The translations under genes and the position numbers were made by a program. Below the pieces are notes generated by a model. It was not told the origin of the DNA, did no database searches, and saw only the letters and a program-made list of their open reading frames with translations. Positions 1-13,915 of a DNA stretch of 64,000 bases are shown piece after piece. Numbering within the stretch: position 1 is the first letter of the stretch; every line of letters begins with the position of its first letter. The DNA comes from Octopus bimaculoides (taxonomy: Eukaryota): NCBI RefSeq assembly GCF_001194135.2, contig NC_068985.1:28538014-28602013 (forward strand). The letters run 5' to 3'.

Positions 1-15
1 TATATATATATATAC

Positions 16-165
16 GACGGGCTTCTTTCAGTTTCCGTCTACCAAATCCACTCACAAGGCTTTGGTCGGTCTGAGGCTATAGTAGAAGACACTTGCCCAA
101 GGTGCCACGCAGTGGGGCTGAACCCGGAACTATGTGGTTCGGAAGCAAACTTTTTACCACACAGC
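16..165 (-). mobile_element. tRNA-derived SINE family A, 5' half
   Basis: Reverse complement of the head gctgtgtggtaa...ggttcagccccactgcgtggcaccttgggcaagtgtcttctactatagcc...gaaactgaaagaagcccgtcgta, shared with 39794, 60869 and 63295. Confidence 0.85.
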
Positions 166-394
166 TCAAGACAAAAAAAAAATAATGGAATGGTCACATT
201 TGGAACGCATTTGATCATTGCTATGTGCTTGGTAATGGTTTACCTGTGACTAAGCGAAAACAAACCACATCTTCTACTAATGACAACATTAGCGCAGCCT
301 GGTCAGTTAACCTGCTAAAAATAACAGCTAAATTTCATTTTTTTTTTTCTGAACTGTTTCTGGATATAACGTACGGGGAAGCTTTTGCTTCGAA

Positions 395-600
395 TTTTGG
401 CAGAGGGCCAGCACATTCGGAGCAATGGGTAAGCCGATTATATTGACCCATTGTTCAACAGGTACTTATTTAATCGACCTTGAGAGGATAAAGGGCAAAA
501 TTGACACAGGCAGCGTTTTGAACTCAGAACGTGAAATCGGAACAAATGCTGCTAAGTAATTTTTCCGGCGCAGTAACGATTCTACCAACTCACCACCTTG
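395..600 (-). mobile_element. SINE family B, decayed
   Basis: Reverse complement of ggtggtgagttggtagaatcgtt...cgttctgagttcaaa...ctttcatcc...gtcgat. Confidence 0.75.
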
Positions 601-729
601 ATTTGATCATATAGTTATATATATTGAAAGCTACTTGTTGTGATAACAATTACCGGATGAGGACATTAAACAGAAAATATAGTTGCTTACCGATCATAAT
701 TGGAATTGATTACAATAAATGTTTCTAAT

Positions 730-865
730 TTAGGCACAAGGCCAGCATGTTTGAGAGCAAGAGATTTGTCGATACTATTCATACTAATATATGACTGTTG
801 ATTTATTGATCCTGGCGGGATGAAAGGTAAAGGTGACTTCGGCGGGATTCGAACTCAGAAGTTCA
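730..865 (-). mobile_element. SINE family B, partial
   Basis: ggatgaaaggtaaaggtgacttcggcgggattcgaactcagaa matches other family B copies. Confidence 0.65.
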
Positions 866-896
866 AAGATTAAAGACCCGGAAGAAATACCACAGA

Positions 897-899
<3 letters not shown>

Positions 900-938
<39 letters not shown>

Positions 939-1509
939 NNNNNNNNNNCTCTCTCTCTCTCTCTCTCTCTCTCCCTCTCTCTCTCTCTCTATCTCTCTTT
1001 AAATCTCTCTCTCTCTCTCTCCCTCTCTCTTTCTCTCTGACTCACTCATTGTTTCTGGCTCTTCCACTCTCAATCTCTGCTTGACTCTCTCTCTCTCTAT
1101 CTATCTATCTATCTCTCTCTGGCTCACTTATTCTCTCACTAGCTCTTTCTCTATTTCTCTCTGTCTGACTCTCTCTCTCTCTCTCTCTCTAGCTCTTTCT
1201 CTCTGACTCTTTCTTTCTCTCTGACTCACTCATTCTCTCTGGCTCTCCCTCTCTCTCTCCCTAGCGCTCTCTCTCTAGCTCCCCTTCTCTTTATTTCTCT
1301 TTGTCTAACTCTTTTTCTTTCTCTAGCTCTCTTTCTAACTCTCTCTCTCTCACTCTCTCTCTCTCTCTCACTCTCTAGCTCTCTCTCTCTAAGTCTCTCT
1401 CTCAGACTCACGCATTCGCTCTCTGGCCCTCCCTCTCTCAATCTATCTCTGTCTCTCTCACTCCTTCACTCTTTCTGCCCGCCCCTTCTCTCCCTTCACC
1501 CTCTCTCTC

Positions 1510-1557
<48 letters not shown>

Positions 1558-1560
1558 ACT
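900..1560. repeat. (CT)n-rich compound microsatellite
   Basis: Direct reading. Confidence 0.95.
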
Positions 1561-1723
1561 CTGATAACTCTGCCAGCTCACCACATTTGGAGACCCGCTA
1601 ATTATAACAATTGTAACAATAACCGTTTGATGACTTTTTGTCCGTGAGCACAAGATCGGCCCCCATCGTACAAGAAAGCGAAAGTACAAGGATTGTTGGG
1701 GCGGTCAATACAAACAACAACTG

Positions 1724-1751
1724 CTACTCCTCCTCCTCCTCCTCCTACTAT

Positions 1752-1816
<65 letters not shown>

Positions 1817-1817
1817 T
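1724..1817. repeat. (CCT)n then (CTA)n trinucleotide array
   Basis: Direct reading. Confidence 0.95.
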
Positions 1818-2313
1818 CTCTGCTGTTACGTCGACGACGACAAATTTTTACAACTACTATGGCGGCGGCACAATGAACTCACAGTGACAATGACAACATA
1901 AGCGATAACAGCAGCTAAAGCAATCAGCCAATGACAACAATGAGTAGGGCAGGTAACACAGGTGTAGCAAGGCTTGTTGTGTTTAGATCTGAGGACTGAA
2001 ACTAATAATTGACCGGCGGAAATTGTGGAATAATTGGTGTCTTGATGTTGTTNNNNNNNNNNNNNNNNNNNNNNNNNNNNNNNNNNNNNNNNNNNNNNNN
2101 NNNNNNNNNNNNNNNNNNNNNNNNNNNNNNNNNNNNNNNNNNNNNNNNNNNNNNNNNNNNNNNNNNNNNNNNNNNNNNNNNNNNNNNNNNNNNNNNNNNN
2201 NNNNNNNNNNNNNNNNNNNNNNNNNNNNNNNNNNNNNNNNNNNNNNNNNNNNNNNNNNNNNNNNNNNNNNNNNNNNNNNNNNNNNNNNNNNNNNNNNNNN
2301 NNNNNNNNNNNNN

Positions 2314-2373
<60 letters not shown>

Positions 2374-2509
2374 GTATACACACAGAGACACGCGCACACA
2401 TATACACGTACAGAGAAAGAGAGTGTGATAGATAGGTAGATAGCTAGATGCATATGGATGGATAGGTAAATAGACAGATAGAGAGAGAAAGAGAGAGAGA
2501 GAGAGAAAA

Positions 2510-2550
<41 letters not shown>

Positions 2551-2664
2551 AAGGCATTGATTAATTGATATACATATATACTCTCACAAACATATATATA
2601 TACTCATTACACCTAATCTCATATACACACATCTTTGCACGCCTTCGTACACCTTCATACACGA

Positions 2665-2808
2665 ACGCTTGTGGTAAGAAGCTTGCTTCTCAATCACATG
2701 GTTCCAGGTTCAGTCCCATTGCATGGCATCTTGGGCAAGTGTATTCAACTATAGCCTCGGGCCGACCAAGGACTTGTGAGTTAGAAGGAAACTGAAAGAA
2801 GCCAGTCG

Positions 2809-2897
<89 letters not shown>

Positions 2898-3204
2898 NNN
2901 NNNNNNNNNNNNNNNNNNNNNNNNNNNNNNNNNNNNNNNNNNNNNNNNNNNNNNNNNNNNNNNNNNNNNNNNNNNNNNNNNNNNNNNNNNNNNNNNNNNN
3001 NNNNNNNNNNNNNNNNNNNNNNNNNNNNNNNNNNNNNNNNNNNNNNNNNNNNNNNNNNNNNNNNNNNNNNNNNNNNNNNNNNNNNNNNNNNNNNNNNNNN
3101 NNNNNNNNNNNNNNNNNNNNNNNNNNNNNNNNNNNNNNNNNNNNNNNNNNNNNNNNNNNNNNNNNNNNNNNNNNNNNNNNNNNNNNNNNNNNNNNNNNNN
3201 NNNN

Positions 3205-3237
<33 letters not shown>

Positions 3238-3346
3238 TTTGTGTGAGTGTGTACCTCTGTGTGTGTTTGTCTTTGTGCCTGTGTCTTTGTGTCTGTGAGT
3301 GGATTTCTTAGACGGAAACTGAAAAAAGCTCGTCATATATATATAA

Positions 3347-3389
<43 letters not shown>

Positions 3390-3560
3390 TTTTGTCTGTG
3401 TTTATCCTCCACACCACTTGACAACCGGTGCTGGTGTGTTTACGTCCGACAGAATAAGTTCTAAGCTTAAAACGAAAGTACTGGGTCGATTTGTTCGACT
3501 TAAAATTCTTTAGAGTAATGCTCCAGCATGACTGCAGTCAAGTGACTAAAGCAATCATAG
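2665..3560 (+). mobile_element. SINE family A with internal microsatellite and gap (possibly two fused copies)
   Basis: Head 2665-2810, second gaaactgaaa segment near 3300-3330, tail cttgacaaccgg...gggtcgatttgttcgact...ctccagcatg at 3415-3555. Confidence 0.75.
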
Positions 3561-3589
3561 CATAAATCATATTATATAGACAGACAGAC

Positions 3590-3660
<71 letters not shown>

Positions 3661-3748
3661 TAAATAGATAAATAGATGCACTCGTACTTATAGATAACAT
3701 GTAAACCGCGTAAACAAACAGATATACAAAGCACTCACGCAGAGAAGC

Positions 3749-3795
<47 letters not shown>

Positions 3796-4029
3796 TAGCG
3801 AAGTAAGGGTGCCTCTACGTGATTGTAGAAATAGCAGTCAACTCTCGCCGAATAGTCTGAGATAGGAAGGACACTTCAGATGATATAGTTCTGGTTATAG
3901 AAAAGGGCGTGAGGGTCAAGTTTGGAAAGTCTTTGATCATAGATTCGATCGACTAGAGCTGACAGGTGGGCTAAAAAAAACAACAAAGCAAACATTATAT
4001 AAAGTAATATGTAAGCATCCATAAACAGA

Positions 4030-4073
<44 letters not shown>

Positions 4074-4627
4074 CAATACTTCTCATACTCGAAAAAGCTT
4101 GCAGTGACACTCACTGATCTCATAACGGGACACAATACACGCAGTTGGTAACATTTCGTAGAGACTTACATAAACGTACATGCGTACTCATACACACAAA
4201 GAGACACAAGCACACGTTCACATACACAATTATTATATACACTCAGGTACACATAACACACGTAAATGCAAGCATATACATGTATGGACGCTCACATATA
4301 CGCATCCATAGTTGTACGTACATACAATAGAATTAATGACAATATCATATCGACCGACAGCAAAACAAGGACAAAACACACGGTGAAACACAAACACACA
4401 TATGCACGTTGAGATGCAATTACATATTGCTCTTAATCAATATACACTCACACATGCACTCACATACACATATAAGTATGTATGTATGTAGATAGATAGA
4501 TAGATAGATAGATGATAGATAGATAGATAGATAAAGTAGATAGATAGATGGATGGATGGATAGATAGATAGAGTAGATAGATAGATGGATGGATAGACAG
4601 ACAGAAGACAGACAGACAGATAAATAA

Positions 4628-4700
<73 letters not shown>

Positions 4701-5448
4701 CTGATCGAATGATAAATCTACATGCAAAATAAAATAATAGTATGTATGCGTATATATAAATATATATACGCATACATATATCTATCTTCAACTTCCAATA
4801 TTTACATAAATACACACACACACACATACATATATATTTAAAGTACACAAAAAAACACACACACACACACACACACTCACGCACACACATGAACAAGTCA
4901 TATAGCTGTCCTTTCCAATCAATCATACAATCGCACAGAGGCTCGCATACAACAGAACGAACCTTTCCAACAAACAGTGACAGCAGACACATACAGACAT
5001 TGACAGACCTTCACAGACTCACACGGAGACAAGCGCGCGCACACACACATACACATACGCAGACACACCGACTAACACCTTTATACTCCCCCTCTAACTC
5101 TCTCATAAACACACAAACACACACACACACACATACACACACATTCGCATGCTAACCCTTACCCTAACCCTAACACCCTATACGTTCATGCATAGTACAA
5201 CCACACCGACATAGTCAGCTCTCTGTAAGCGCATCGGATGTATTACAAACTACCTATTGCAGGCAGCTCTCGAATCTTTCCTACACGTGGGACACAGGTA
5301 AGATTCATACTTTCCATATACTCCATTTAATACGATCAAGAAAATATTTTTTATTGTAGAACTGCCTTCCATATTTTCATTACATATTCTCTTTACAGTT
5401 TTCCAGTGTCTCAACTCTATCGTTCTTGTATGTGTTTGTATGTTTGTT

Positions 5449-5503
<55 letters not shown>

Positions 5504-5755
5504 ACGTTTGGTCGTTTGTTTGTTGTGCGTGTATGTCTGTTTGTGTGTACGTATATTTCTTAGTGTTTGTGTGTGTATGTGTGTATGTGTGTGTGTTAAC
5601 ACCTGAGATATTACAATGTTGCTAATCAGAATTACGCGTCGCAGCAATTATAAGAAAACACATAAACACACACTCACACAGTAAACATAAACAAGTTGCG
5701 TATGCGTTCATAAATACATACATACATACATACATACACACATACATACGCATAC

Positions 5756-5808
<53 letters not shown>

Positions 5809-6691
5809 CATATATATATACACGTATGATATAAATATAAATATATATACATATATATATATAGATATACACGTATGATATAAATATAAATATATATACA
5901 TAAATATATATATANNNNNNNNNNNNNNNNNNNNNNNNNNNNNNNNNNNNNNNNNNNNNNNNNNNNNNNNNNNNNNNNNNNNNNNNNNNNNNNNNNNNNN
6001 NNNNNNNNNNNNNNNNNNNNNNNNNNNNNNNNNNNNNNNNNNNNNNNNNNNNNNNNNNNNNNNNNNNNNNNNNNNNNNNNNNNNNNNNNNNNNNNNNNNN
6101 NNNNNNNNNNNNNNNNNNNNNNNNNNNNNNNNNNNNNNNNNNNNNNNNNNNNNNNNNNNNNNNNNNNNNNNNNNNNNNNNNNNNNNNNNNNNNNNNNNNN
6201 NNNNNNNNNNNNNNNNNNNNNNNNNNNNNNNNNNNNNNNNNNNNNNNNNNNNNNNNNNNNNNNNNNNNNNNNNNNNNNNNNNNNNNNNNNNNNNNNNNNN
6301 NNNNNNNNNNNNNNNNNNNNNNNNNNNNNNNNNNNNNNNNNNNNNNNNNNNNNNNNNNNNNNNNNNNNNNNNNNNNNNNNNNNNNNNNNNNNNNNNNNNN
6401 NNNNNNNNNNNNNNNNNNNNNNNNNNNNNNNNNNNNNNNNNNNNNNNNNNNNNNNNNNNNNNNNNNNNNNNNNNNNNNNNNNNNNNNNNNNNNNNNNNNN
6501 NNNNNNNNNNNNNNNNNNNNNNNNNNNNNNNNNNNNNNNNNNNNNNNNNNNNNNNNNNNNNNNNNNNNNNNNNNNNNNNNNNNNNNNNNNNNNNNNNNNN
6601 NNNNNNNNNNNNNNNNNNNNNNNTATATATGTATGTAGGTATGCATGTATATATGTAAATATATACACATACATATATATATCCATATATC

Positions 6692-6723
<32 letters not shown>

Positions 6724-7137
6724 CGCACATAGCACATACATCTATATTATACATACGTGTGTGTATAATGTATATCATTATAATGTCCTATATGTATTTG
6801 TTTCTTTCAATTTCACTTGTATTTTCTCGAAGGTTTTGATGCATACACACCTACCTACATACATACAGACAGACAGACATATAGATAGATAGTCATTAAA
6901 ATATATCCACACGTATCCTTGTGTTATATACATGTCTGTGTATCTGTCTGTGTGTGTGTGTGTCAATATATGTAGGGTGTATGTTTATACACACAGACAG
7001 ACATATGTCTGTATTATATATAGTGTATATATACACACAAGCATACACAAACATACATGTATATATATATATTATATATACATATATACATATGCACTCA
7101 CACACACACACACACAGATAGATATATAGATAGATAT

Positions 7138-7186
<49 letters not shown>

Positions 7187-7541
7187 CTNNNNNNNNNNNN
7201 NNNNNNNNNNNNNNNNNNNNNNNNNNNNNNNNNNNNNNNNNNNNNNNNNNNNNNNNNNNNNNNNNNNNNNNNNNNNNNNNNNNNNNNNNNNNNNNNNNNN
7301 NNNNNNNNNNNNNNNNNNNNNNNNNNNNNNNNNNNNNNNNNNNNNNNNNNNNNNNNNNNNNNNNNNNNNNNNNNNNNNNNNNNNNNNNNNNNNNNNNNNN
7401 NNNNNNNNNNNNNNNNNNNNNNNNNNNNNNNNNNNNNNNNNNNNNNNNNNNNNNNNNNNNNNNNNNNNNNNNNNNNNNNNGAGGACAGGTGGTGTAAATA
7501 ACAAAAGTATATATTAGTATGACGCTCGGAAATACGGAAAG

Positions 7542-7578
7542 TCTTTGACGTTTCGAGCTACGCTCTTCAACAGAAAGA
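7542..7578 (-). ncRNA. Minimal type I hammerhead ribozyme, family 2, core mutated at A6
   Basis: Minus strand UCUUU-CUGUUGA-A-GAGC(GUA)GCUC-GAAAC-GUC-AAAGA; stems I and II pair and stem III is the palindrome ACGU. Confidence 0.65.
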
Positions 7579-7920
7579 ATACGGAGACAAGGAGAAAAAC
7601 ACGTACATACTCATATATAACACGCACACGCACACGCACACGCACACGCACACGCACACGCACACGCACACGCAGACACACATTTATATGTATGTGTGTA
7701 TATATTCGTGTGTGTGTTTCTATGTATGTGAATATGTGTGCGGTATGTTTATGTCCGTGCTTCTCTCTCCCTCTCTATGTATGTCTATATGTTTATATAT
7801 GTATTTACAGATGCAAACACAAACCGTATATGCATGTGTGTACATGTGTGTGTATATATATATGTATATGTATGTATGTATGTATGTATGTATATATATA
7901 TGTGTATGTATGTATATATT

Positions 7921-8224
7921 ATAATTAAGGGTATCTAAGAGATACCATCATGCTAAAGATAGCAGTCAAATCTTGACTCTAAAAGCACGTCATATATTCA
8001 TACAGCACCAGGTGAAAATACAAATAGACAAATAAACTAGCAAAAAATTATTGGGTATCCAATACATGATGTGGTTTTAGAGTCATGTTTTGACTGCTAT
8101 CTTTGGCATGGTGATATCTCTTAGATGCCCTAAATTATGATTTTAATACTAGTTAATACCTATAAGGTTTTTATTCCCATGCTGACCACTTAATCTGATC
8201 GGCATTTTAAATAATGATCTTATC

Positions 8225-8226
<2 letters not shown>
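7921..8226 (-). repeat. Fold-back repeat family member with ~68 bp inverted arms
   Basis: 7921-7988 is the reverse complement of 8071-8138 with 8 mismatches; 8139-8226 is homologous to 15577-15660. Confidence 0.8.
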
Positions 8227-8289
<63 letters not shown>

Positions 8290-8292
<3 letters not shown>

Positions 8293-8579
8293 ACCGAGAC
8301 CTTTGGTAATATGCTGTGCTTGAGAAGAAGACCCCTGAAGCCAAGTGAAATCGTTGTCGTGGCAGATACTGGTGTCACGTAACTGGCACCTTTGCTTGTA
8401 GCACCTAAAAGCACCCATTACATTCTCGAAGTGGTTGGCGTCTGGCAAGGCATCCAGCCGTAGAAACCATGCCAAATCAGACCAGAGTTTTCTGCAGCCC
8501 CTCAGCTTACCAACCCATGTCAAACCGTCCAATCCATGTCAACATGGACAACGGACGTTAAATGATGATGATGATGATG

Positions 8580-8580
<1 letters not shown>
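8290..8580 (+). mobile_element. SINE/LINE-tail element with RTE-like 3' end
   Basis: gtggttggcgtctggcaaggcatccagccgtagaaaccatgcc...ggacgttaaat followed by (GAT)n tail. Confidence 0.55.
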
Positions 8581-8617
<37 letters not shown>

Positions 8618-9118
8618 NNNNNNNNNNNNNNNNNNNNNNNNNNNNNNNNNNNNNNNNNNNNNNNNNNNNNNNNNNNNNNNNNNNNNNNNNNNNNNNNNNN
8701 NNNNNNNNNNNNNNNNNNNNNNNNNNNNNNNNNNNNNNNNNNNNNNNNNNNNNNNNNNNNNNNNNNNNNNNNNNNNNNNNNNNNNNNNNNNNNNNNNNNN
8801 NNNNNNNNNNNNNNNNNNNCATATACACGCCTTGATGGATACGCAATGTTAATTGTATTTTACGTCGGGGCCTGTTTGTCAAGCTGTGACGCCTTTTAAG
8901 CGCTTTTTTCGCATGTTCAGTTGAAACGAAACATTTTACGCACAAAAGAGATTCTCACATGGACTGTGGTCGTCAGCTGTTCCCTATAAGGTCTTCTATG
9001 AATGAATTGTTATATTTCATAAATTGAATTCACTTACAGAAGACTCCTTAGTAAAGCGCCAATTTCTTTTTATAACATTGTACACCTGTCGCGCTGTCTG
9101 TCTATCCGTCTCTCCCCC

Positions 9119-9153
<35 letters not shown>

Positions 9154-9229
9154 AACACACACACAAACACACACACATACATATGTAAATATATATACAT
9201 ATATTCACACACACATATAGATAGATAGT

Positions 9230-9280
<51 letters not shown>

Positions 9281-9547
9281 ATGAATAAAGTCTATGTGAG
9301 TCGCTACTTAGAATTACTTGTTCTCTGTTTATAGAAGATCAAACTCAGCTTTGAATAAAGAGTTAGTGTGATAATCTCATACTAACAGTATTGAGTACAT
9401 TTCTGCTCAGTTGTAATTCACACCTTGTGAAATCGAGATTTATAGATATACATATATCCATACAAACTCACTGAAACACACACACACATATACAAACAAT
9501 TGTATATGTATATATGTATGTCCATATCAACTTCTCTCTCTCTCTCT

Positions 9548-9622
<75 letters not shown>

Positions 9623-11609
9623 GCATATATATATATATACATGTATGTATATATACATGTGTATATATGTTTATATATGCTTGTGTGTTTGGTTAAGTGT
9701 GCCTGCTTATGTGAATATTTCTCAACATTTATTGAAGTGAGTAACTTACTAATACAATGAGAGGTTAATGACAGAAACTGAACTAGTGAATTCGTTTTGA
9801 ACACGAGCACACAATACCATACTACTGTAAAAATTAAAAAAATTAAAATACCGGCTCAGTATTGATATCTTTGGAATGGCCTATCTGAGCAAAATGTACG
9901 TACTGGTTACCTATATAAGTATAATACTATAAGAAAGAAATTTCTTGATTTAATTGGTTGAAATTGAAGTCAAATATAAATCATACATCCACGCGTAGAC
10001 CAGCACTGAATATAGGTATCCTCAAATTGATCTGTCTGAGCGAAATAAATGCGCCGGTCACTCTTATAGTGACCAGCGCATAGTGAAGAGGTTTCTCTAT
10101 TAAATTGGCTGAAATTGAAGCCAAATATAAATCATATACATGTACGCGTGGTGTAGGTTACCAAGTGATTTGAATGCTGAAGTAGTGAAGTCCAAGGTCA
10201 GCTCTGAAAATGAAACCAACAATCAAAAACGTTCTGACTGCGACAATCGCGCCCTCTACTTATCTTTTATATTGTTTCACTAAGACTTTTCGAATTATGA
10301 CGTTCCTGAAATACAACAAATTCCCCCTGGACAGTCGTAGGCAATATTTCCCGACCGCATTCGGTTGCTATTTCTATTAGATTGAGTGACTAGGTAAAAA
10401 TCTTCATCGCTGACTCGTCGTTATCAAGACGTTGTTCTTATAACTGTTCTTGTCCTAGTCCTCCCTGAATGCACAGATCTATAATCTATAATCAAATGTC
10501 AGTCAACTTTGTCCACTCTGACCTTTTCTCCGACAGAGCTCGTATAAACTAATTTATCCAATATGTCATGTTTACTTTTTAAGACGGTATTGCATATGAT
10601 TTGAGATAGATTTTGCTACTGTTCAGCAGGTCGAGCAACGACGGAAGATCGAGTTACGAAATCCTTGTTATAACCATGAATGTTATATACAAATGCATAA
10701 GAACCTTTTGGTTCAGATCTGTGCCCCAAAATTTAATTCTACAGTTAAATCTTTAATCTATAATTGAATTTTTAATTTTTACGAATTCAGAGTGGGTAAA
10801 TTTTATTTAATGTCTGGTTTATTCTTAACGCTGATACCATTTATTTTATAAGGACTCTAAGCGATTTTATTATTTTCAAACTGTGACGTTGGCGAAATTA
10901 GGTTTGCAGGCGAGCAACTCTCCACTCATGACGTACATGTTATTTCACAGACTCTTCATAGATATGTTGAGATGAGGGGTGAATTTCTTCATAGAAAATG
11001 CAAAGTTATCATTAGGTACGAGGAATTAACAAAGAAATGCTCTAAATTCAAAACAGTTTTTCTTTAGGTTAATCAACAATATATGTGTGTATTTACGGAC
11101 AAGTCTGTATTTGTGTGCGTGCATGTGTGTGTGTGTATGTGTGTGTGCTCTCNNNNNNNNNNNNNNNNNNNNNNNNNNNNNNNNNNNNNNNNNNNNNNNN
11201 NNNNNNNNNNNNNNNNNNNNNNNNNNNNNNNNNNNNNNNNNNNNNNNNNNNNNNNNNNNNNNNNNNNNNNNNNNNNNNNNNNNNNNNNNNNNNNNNNNNN
11301 NNNNNNNNNNNNNNNNNNNNNNNNNNNNNNNNNNNNNNNNNNNNNNNNNNNNNNNNNNNNNNNNNNNNNNNNNNNNNNNNNNNNNNNNNNNNNNNNNNNN
11401 NNNNNNNNNNNNNNNNNNNNNNNNNNNNNNNNNNNNNNNNNNNNNNNNNNNNNNNNNNNNNNNNNNNNNNNNNNNNNNNNNNNNNNNNNNNNNNNNNNNN
11501 NNNNNNNNNNNNNNNNNNNNNNNNNNNNNNNNNNNNNNNNNNNNNNNNNNNNNNNNNNNNNNNNNNNNNNNNNNNNNNNNNNNNNNNNNNNNNNNNNNNN
11601 NNNNNNNNN

Positions 11610-11663
<54 letters not shown>

Positions 11664-12459
11664 GAGAGAGATAGCGAGAGAGAGAGAGAGAGAGATCAGT
11701 GCTTCTTTGGTCCTATATTTATCGACCCTGAAAGGATGAAAGATAAAGCTGACTTCGGTGGGTTTTGATCACAAAGCGGCGAAACAATTAATGCAACGAA
11801 TTTGTTCGACACGTTGGTGATTGTCAATTGGGCGATTTTATGATATTTACAATGTTTTATGAAGCGGCTAATATTTTGCTGAGCTGTAAATAATAATTGT
11901 AAGTTCTGTCGCTGCCCAGTACATCTGAGCATCCTTAATGGATATATCAACTTAAATGTATGCTAGCATGCGAGTGTTGGTGACCATCACATTGAACTGG
12001 ATATAATACTGAACATTTCGATTTAATACAAATGCAGGGGCAGTCAGATTGATGGAGTTGAACACTCAACAACTTACATTCACCGGTGATGGTGATGGTG
12101 AGGGATTTAGACACAAAGCTACAGGCTAAGAAAACGCGCTTCAATTACACAGTGTTTCTGTTGGATACAGTCATAAGCTATACAACCTTGTGTTACGCTA
12201 GGTTGAACAACAACAGTTTGTGCTGATGTTTAACATCGGAGCAGTCCTGGACAAGTAGACCTACGATCAAACATGTATCACCTAAAACCATTGCCTCGCT
12301 CTTTGTGTGTGTGAGTGTGTGTTTTTCGTGCTTTCTCCTCAGAGATAGTACATTAAAGACCGTGTTTTTCAGTATATACGACAGGGTACGATTTGAGAGG
12401 CATTTGATTGCTATATCTACCTACCGACCACGCAGTGGTTTTCTCATTGGCTTATTAAA

Positions 12460-12665
12460 TATATTGATTTCAAATTTTGTCACAAGACCAGCAATTGCGA
12501 GGAAGGGTAAATTGATTACATCGATCCCAGTATTCAACTGGTACTTATTTTATCAACCCCAAAAGGATAAATGACTAACTCAACCTTGGCGGAATTTGAA
12601 CTCAGAACGTGAAGACGAACGAAATTTCGCCTGGCGTGTTAACGATTCTGCCAGCTCACCGCCTT
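12460..12665 (-). mobile_element. SINE family B
   Basis: Reverse complement of ggcggtgagctggcagaatcgttaac...ttctgagttcaaattccgcc. Confidence 0.85.
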
Positions 12666-13241
12666 GGGTTTATAAAGCATATTGACCTTACATAATGCTC
12701 AAAGTTTGGAGACAGGAAGATTACGGGTTCTCGTTGCACTCTCTCTAAAATGTCATAAGACTCTTGTTCAAACTGACACTAGTTTAATTCTGTACTCGTA
12801 TAAAATAACCGTGACTTTGACATCCAAGTAGTGACATGGTGACAAACAACATACTATGAACAGAAAACCATGTGAATAACTACAACTAAAAGCAATGTTC
12901 TTTTGAAAACTTGCAGCCAGCATTTTACAGCCTCTTTAGTTATTTCCTATTCCATTCATCAAACAAAATCAGTATTTTAAAGAATTCAGTCGTCAAATTC
13001 GAATAATTTCCTTTCTATAACAATAGATTCAATTAAATTATTGATTTATTTTATTGATACAAGAACATAAATTTGTTTGTGTTTTACGAAGTACAGAACG
13101 CAGAGGGTCTTTCACTGATAAACCCGGTAGAGGTAAAATGAACAAAATAAAGTAATAACCACAGCCAAATTTGAGTTAAGTACATGCAGGAATTCAACTG
13201 AAATAGTGGAAGACAACTATTGTGCGAAATTATCTCCAATG

Positions 13242-13295
<54 letters not shown>

Positions 13296-13327
13296 TGTGT
13301 GTGTGTGTGAATATATATATATAGATA

Positions 13328-13487
13328 GATAGATAGATAGATATATAGGGCAGGGAATCGTCAATTAGTAATAAAATTAATAATTAACAATTTTGCCGAG
13401 TAGCTCAGTATGAAAAAACCTTTATCGGTAAAACCATTTATAATCATAAATATACAGGGATTAGCAGCTCCTGCTAATCCCTGTATA
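13328..13487 (+). repeat. Diverged fold-back family member ending in a perfect 17 bp hairpin
   Basis: tatacagggattagcag-ctc-ctgctaatccctgtata at 13451-13487; upstream motifs resemble 15610-15675. Confidence 0.6.
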
Positions 13488-13829
13488 NNNNNNNNNNNNN
13501 NNNNNNNNNNNNNNNNNNNNNNNNNNNNNNNNNNNNNNNNNNNNNNNNNNNNNNNNNNNNNNNNNNNNNNNNNNNNNNNNNNNNNNNNNNNNNNNNNNNN
13601 NNNNNNNNNNNNNNNNNNNNNNNNNNNNNNNNNNNNNNNNNNNNNNNNNNNNNNNNNNNNNNNNNNNNNNNNNNNNNNNNNNNNNNNNNNNNNNNNNNNN
13701 NNNNNNNNNNNNNNNNNNNNNNNNNNNNNNNNNNNNNNNNNNNNNNNNNNNNNNNNNNNNNNNNNNNNNNNNNNNNNNNNNNNNNNNNNNNNNNNNNNNN
13801 NNNNNNNNNNNNNNNNNNNNNNNNNNNNN

Positions 13830-13915
13830 GAATTTGAACTCAGAAAGTAAAGACAGACGAAATACTGCTAAGCATTTCGTCCGGCGTGCTAACGATTCTG
13901 CCAGCTCACCACCTT
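13830..13915 (-). mobile_element. SINE family B head
   Basis: aatttgaactcagaa...cgtgctaacgattctgccagctcacc. Confidence 0.8.

Noticed and set aside
1826-2052. Minus-strand peptide with a transmembrane-like stretch (HWLIALAAVIAYVVIVTVSSL)
   Set aside because: Arises from degenerate CAA/GCA triplet repeats beside a microsatellite; no recognisable domain or splice support
5153-5180. Interstitial telomeric repeat
   Set aside because: Only about four imperfect CCCTAA units
7926-8133. PIF/Harbinger MITE with TAA target duplication and GGG...CCC ends
   Set aside because: Homology to 15577-15736 shows the element continues well beyond the apparent TSD
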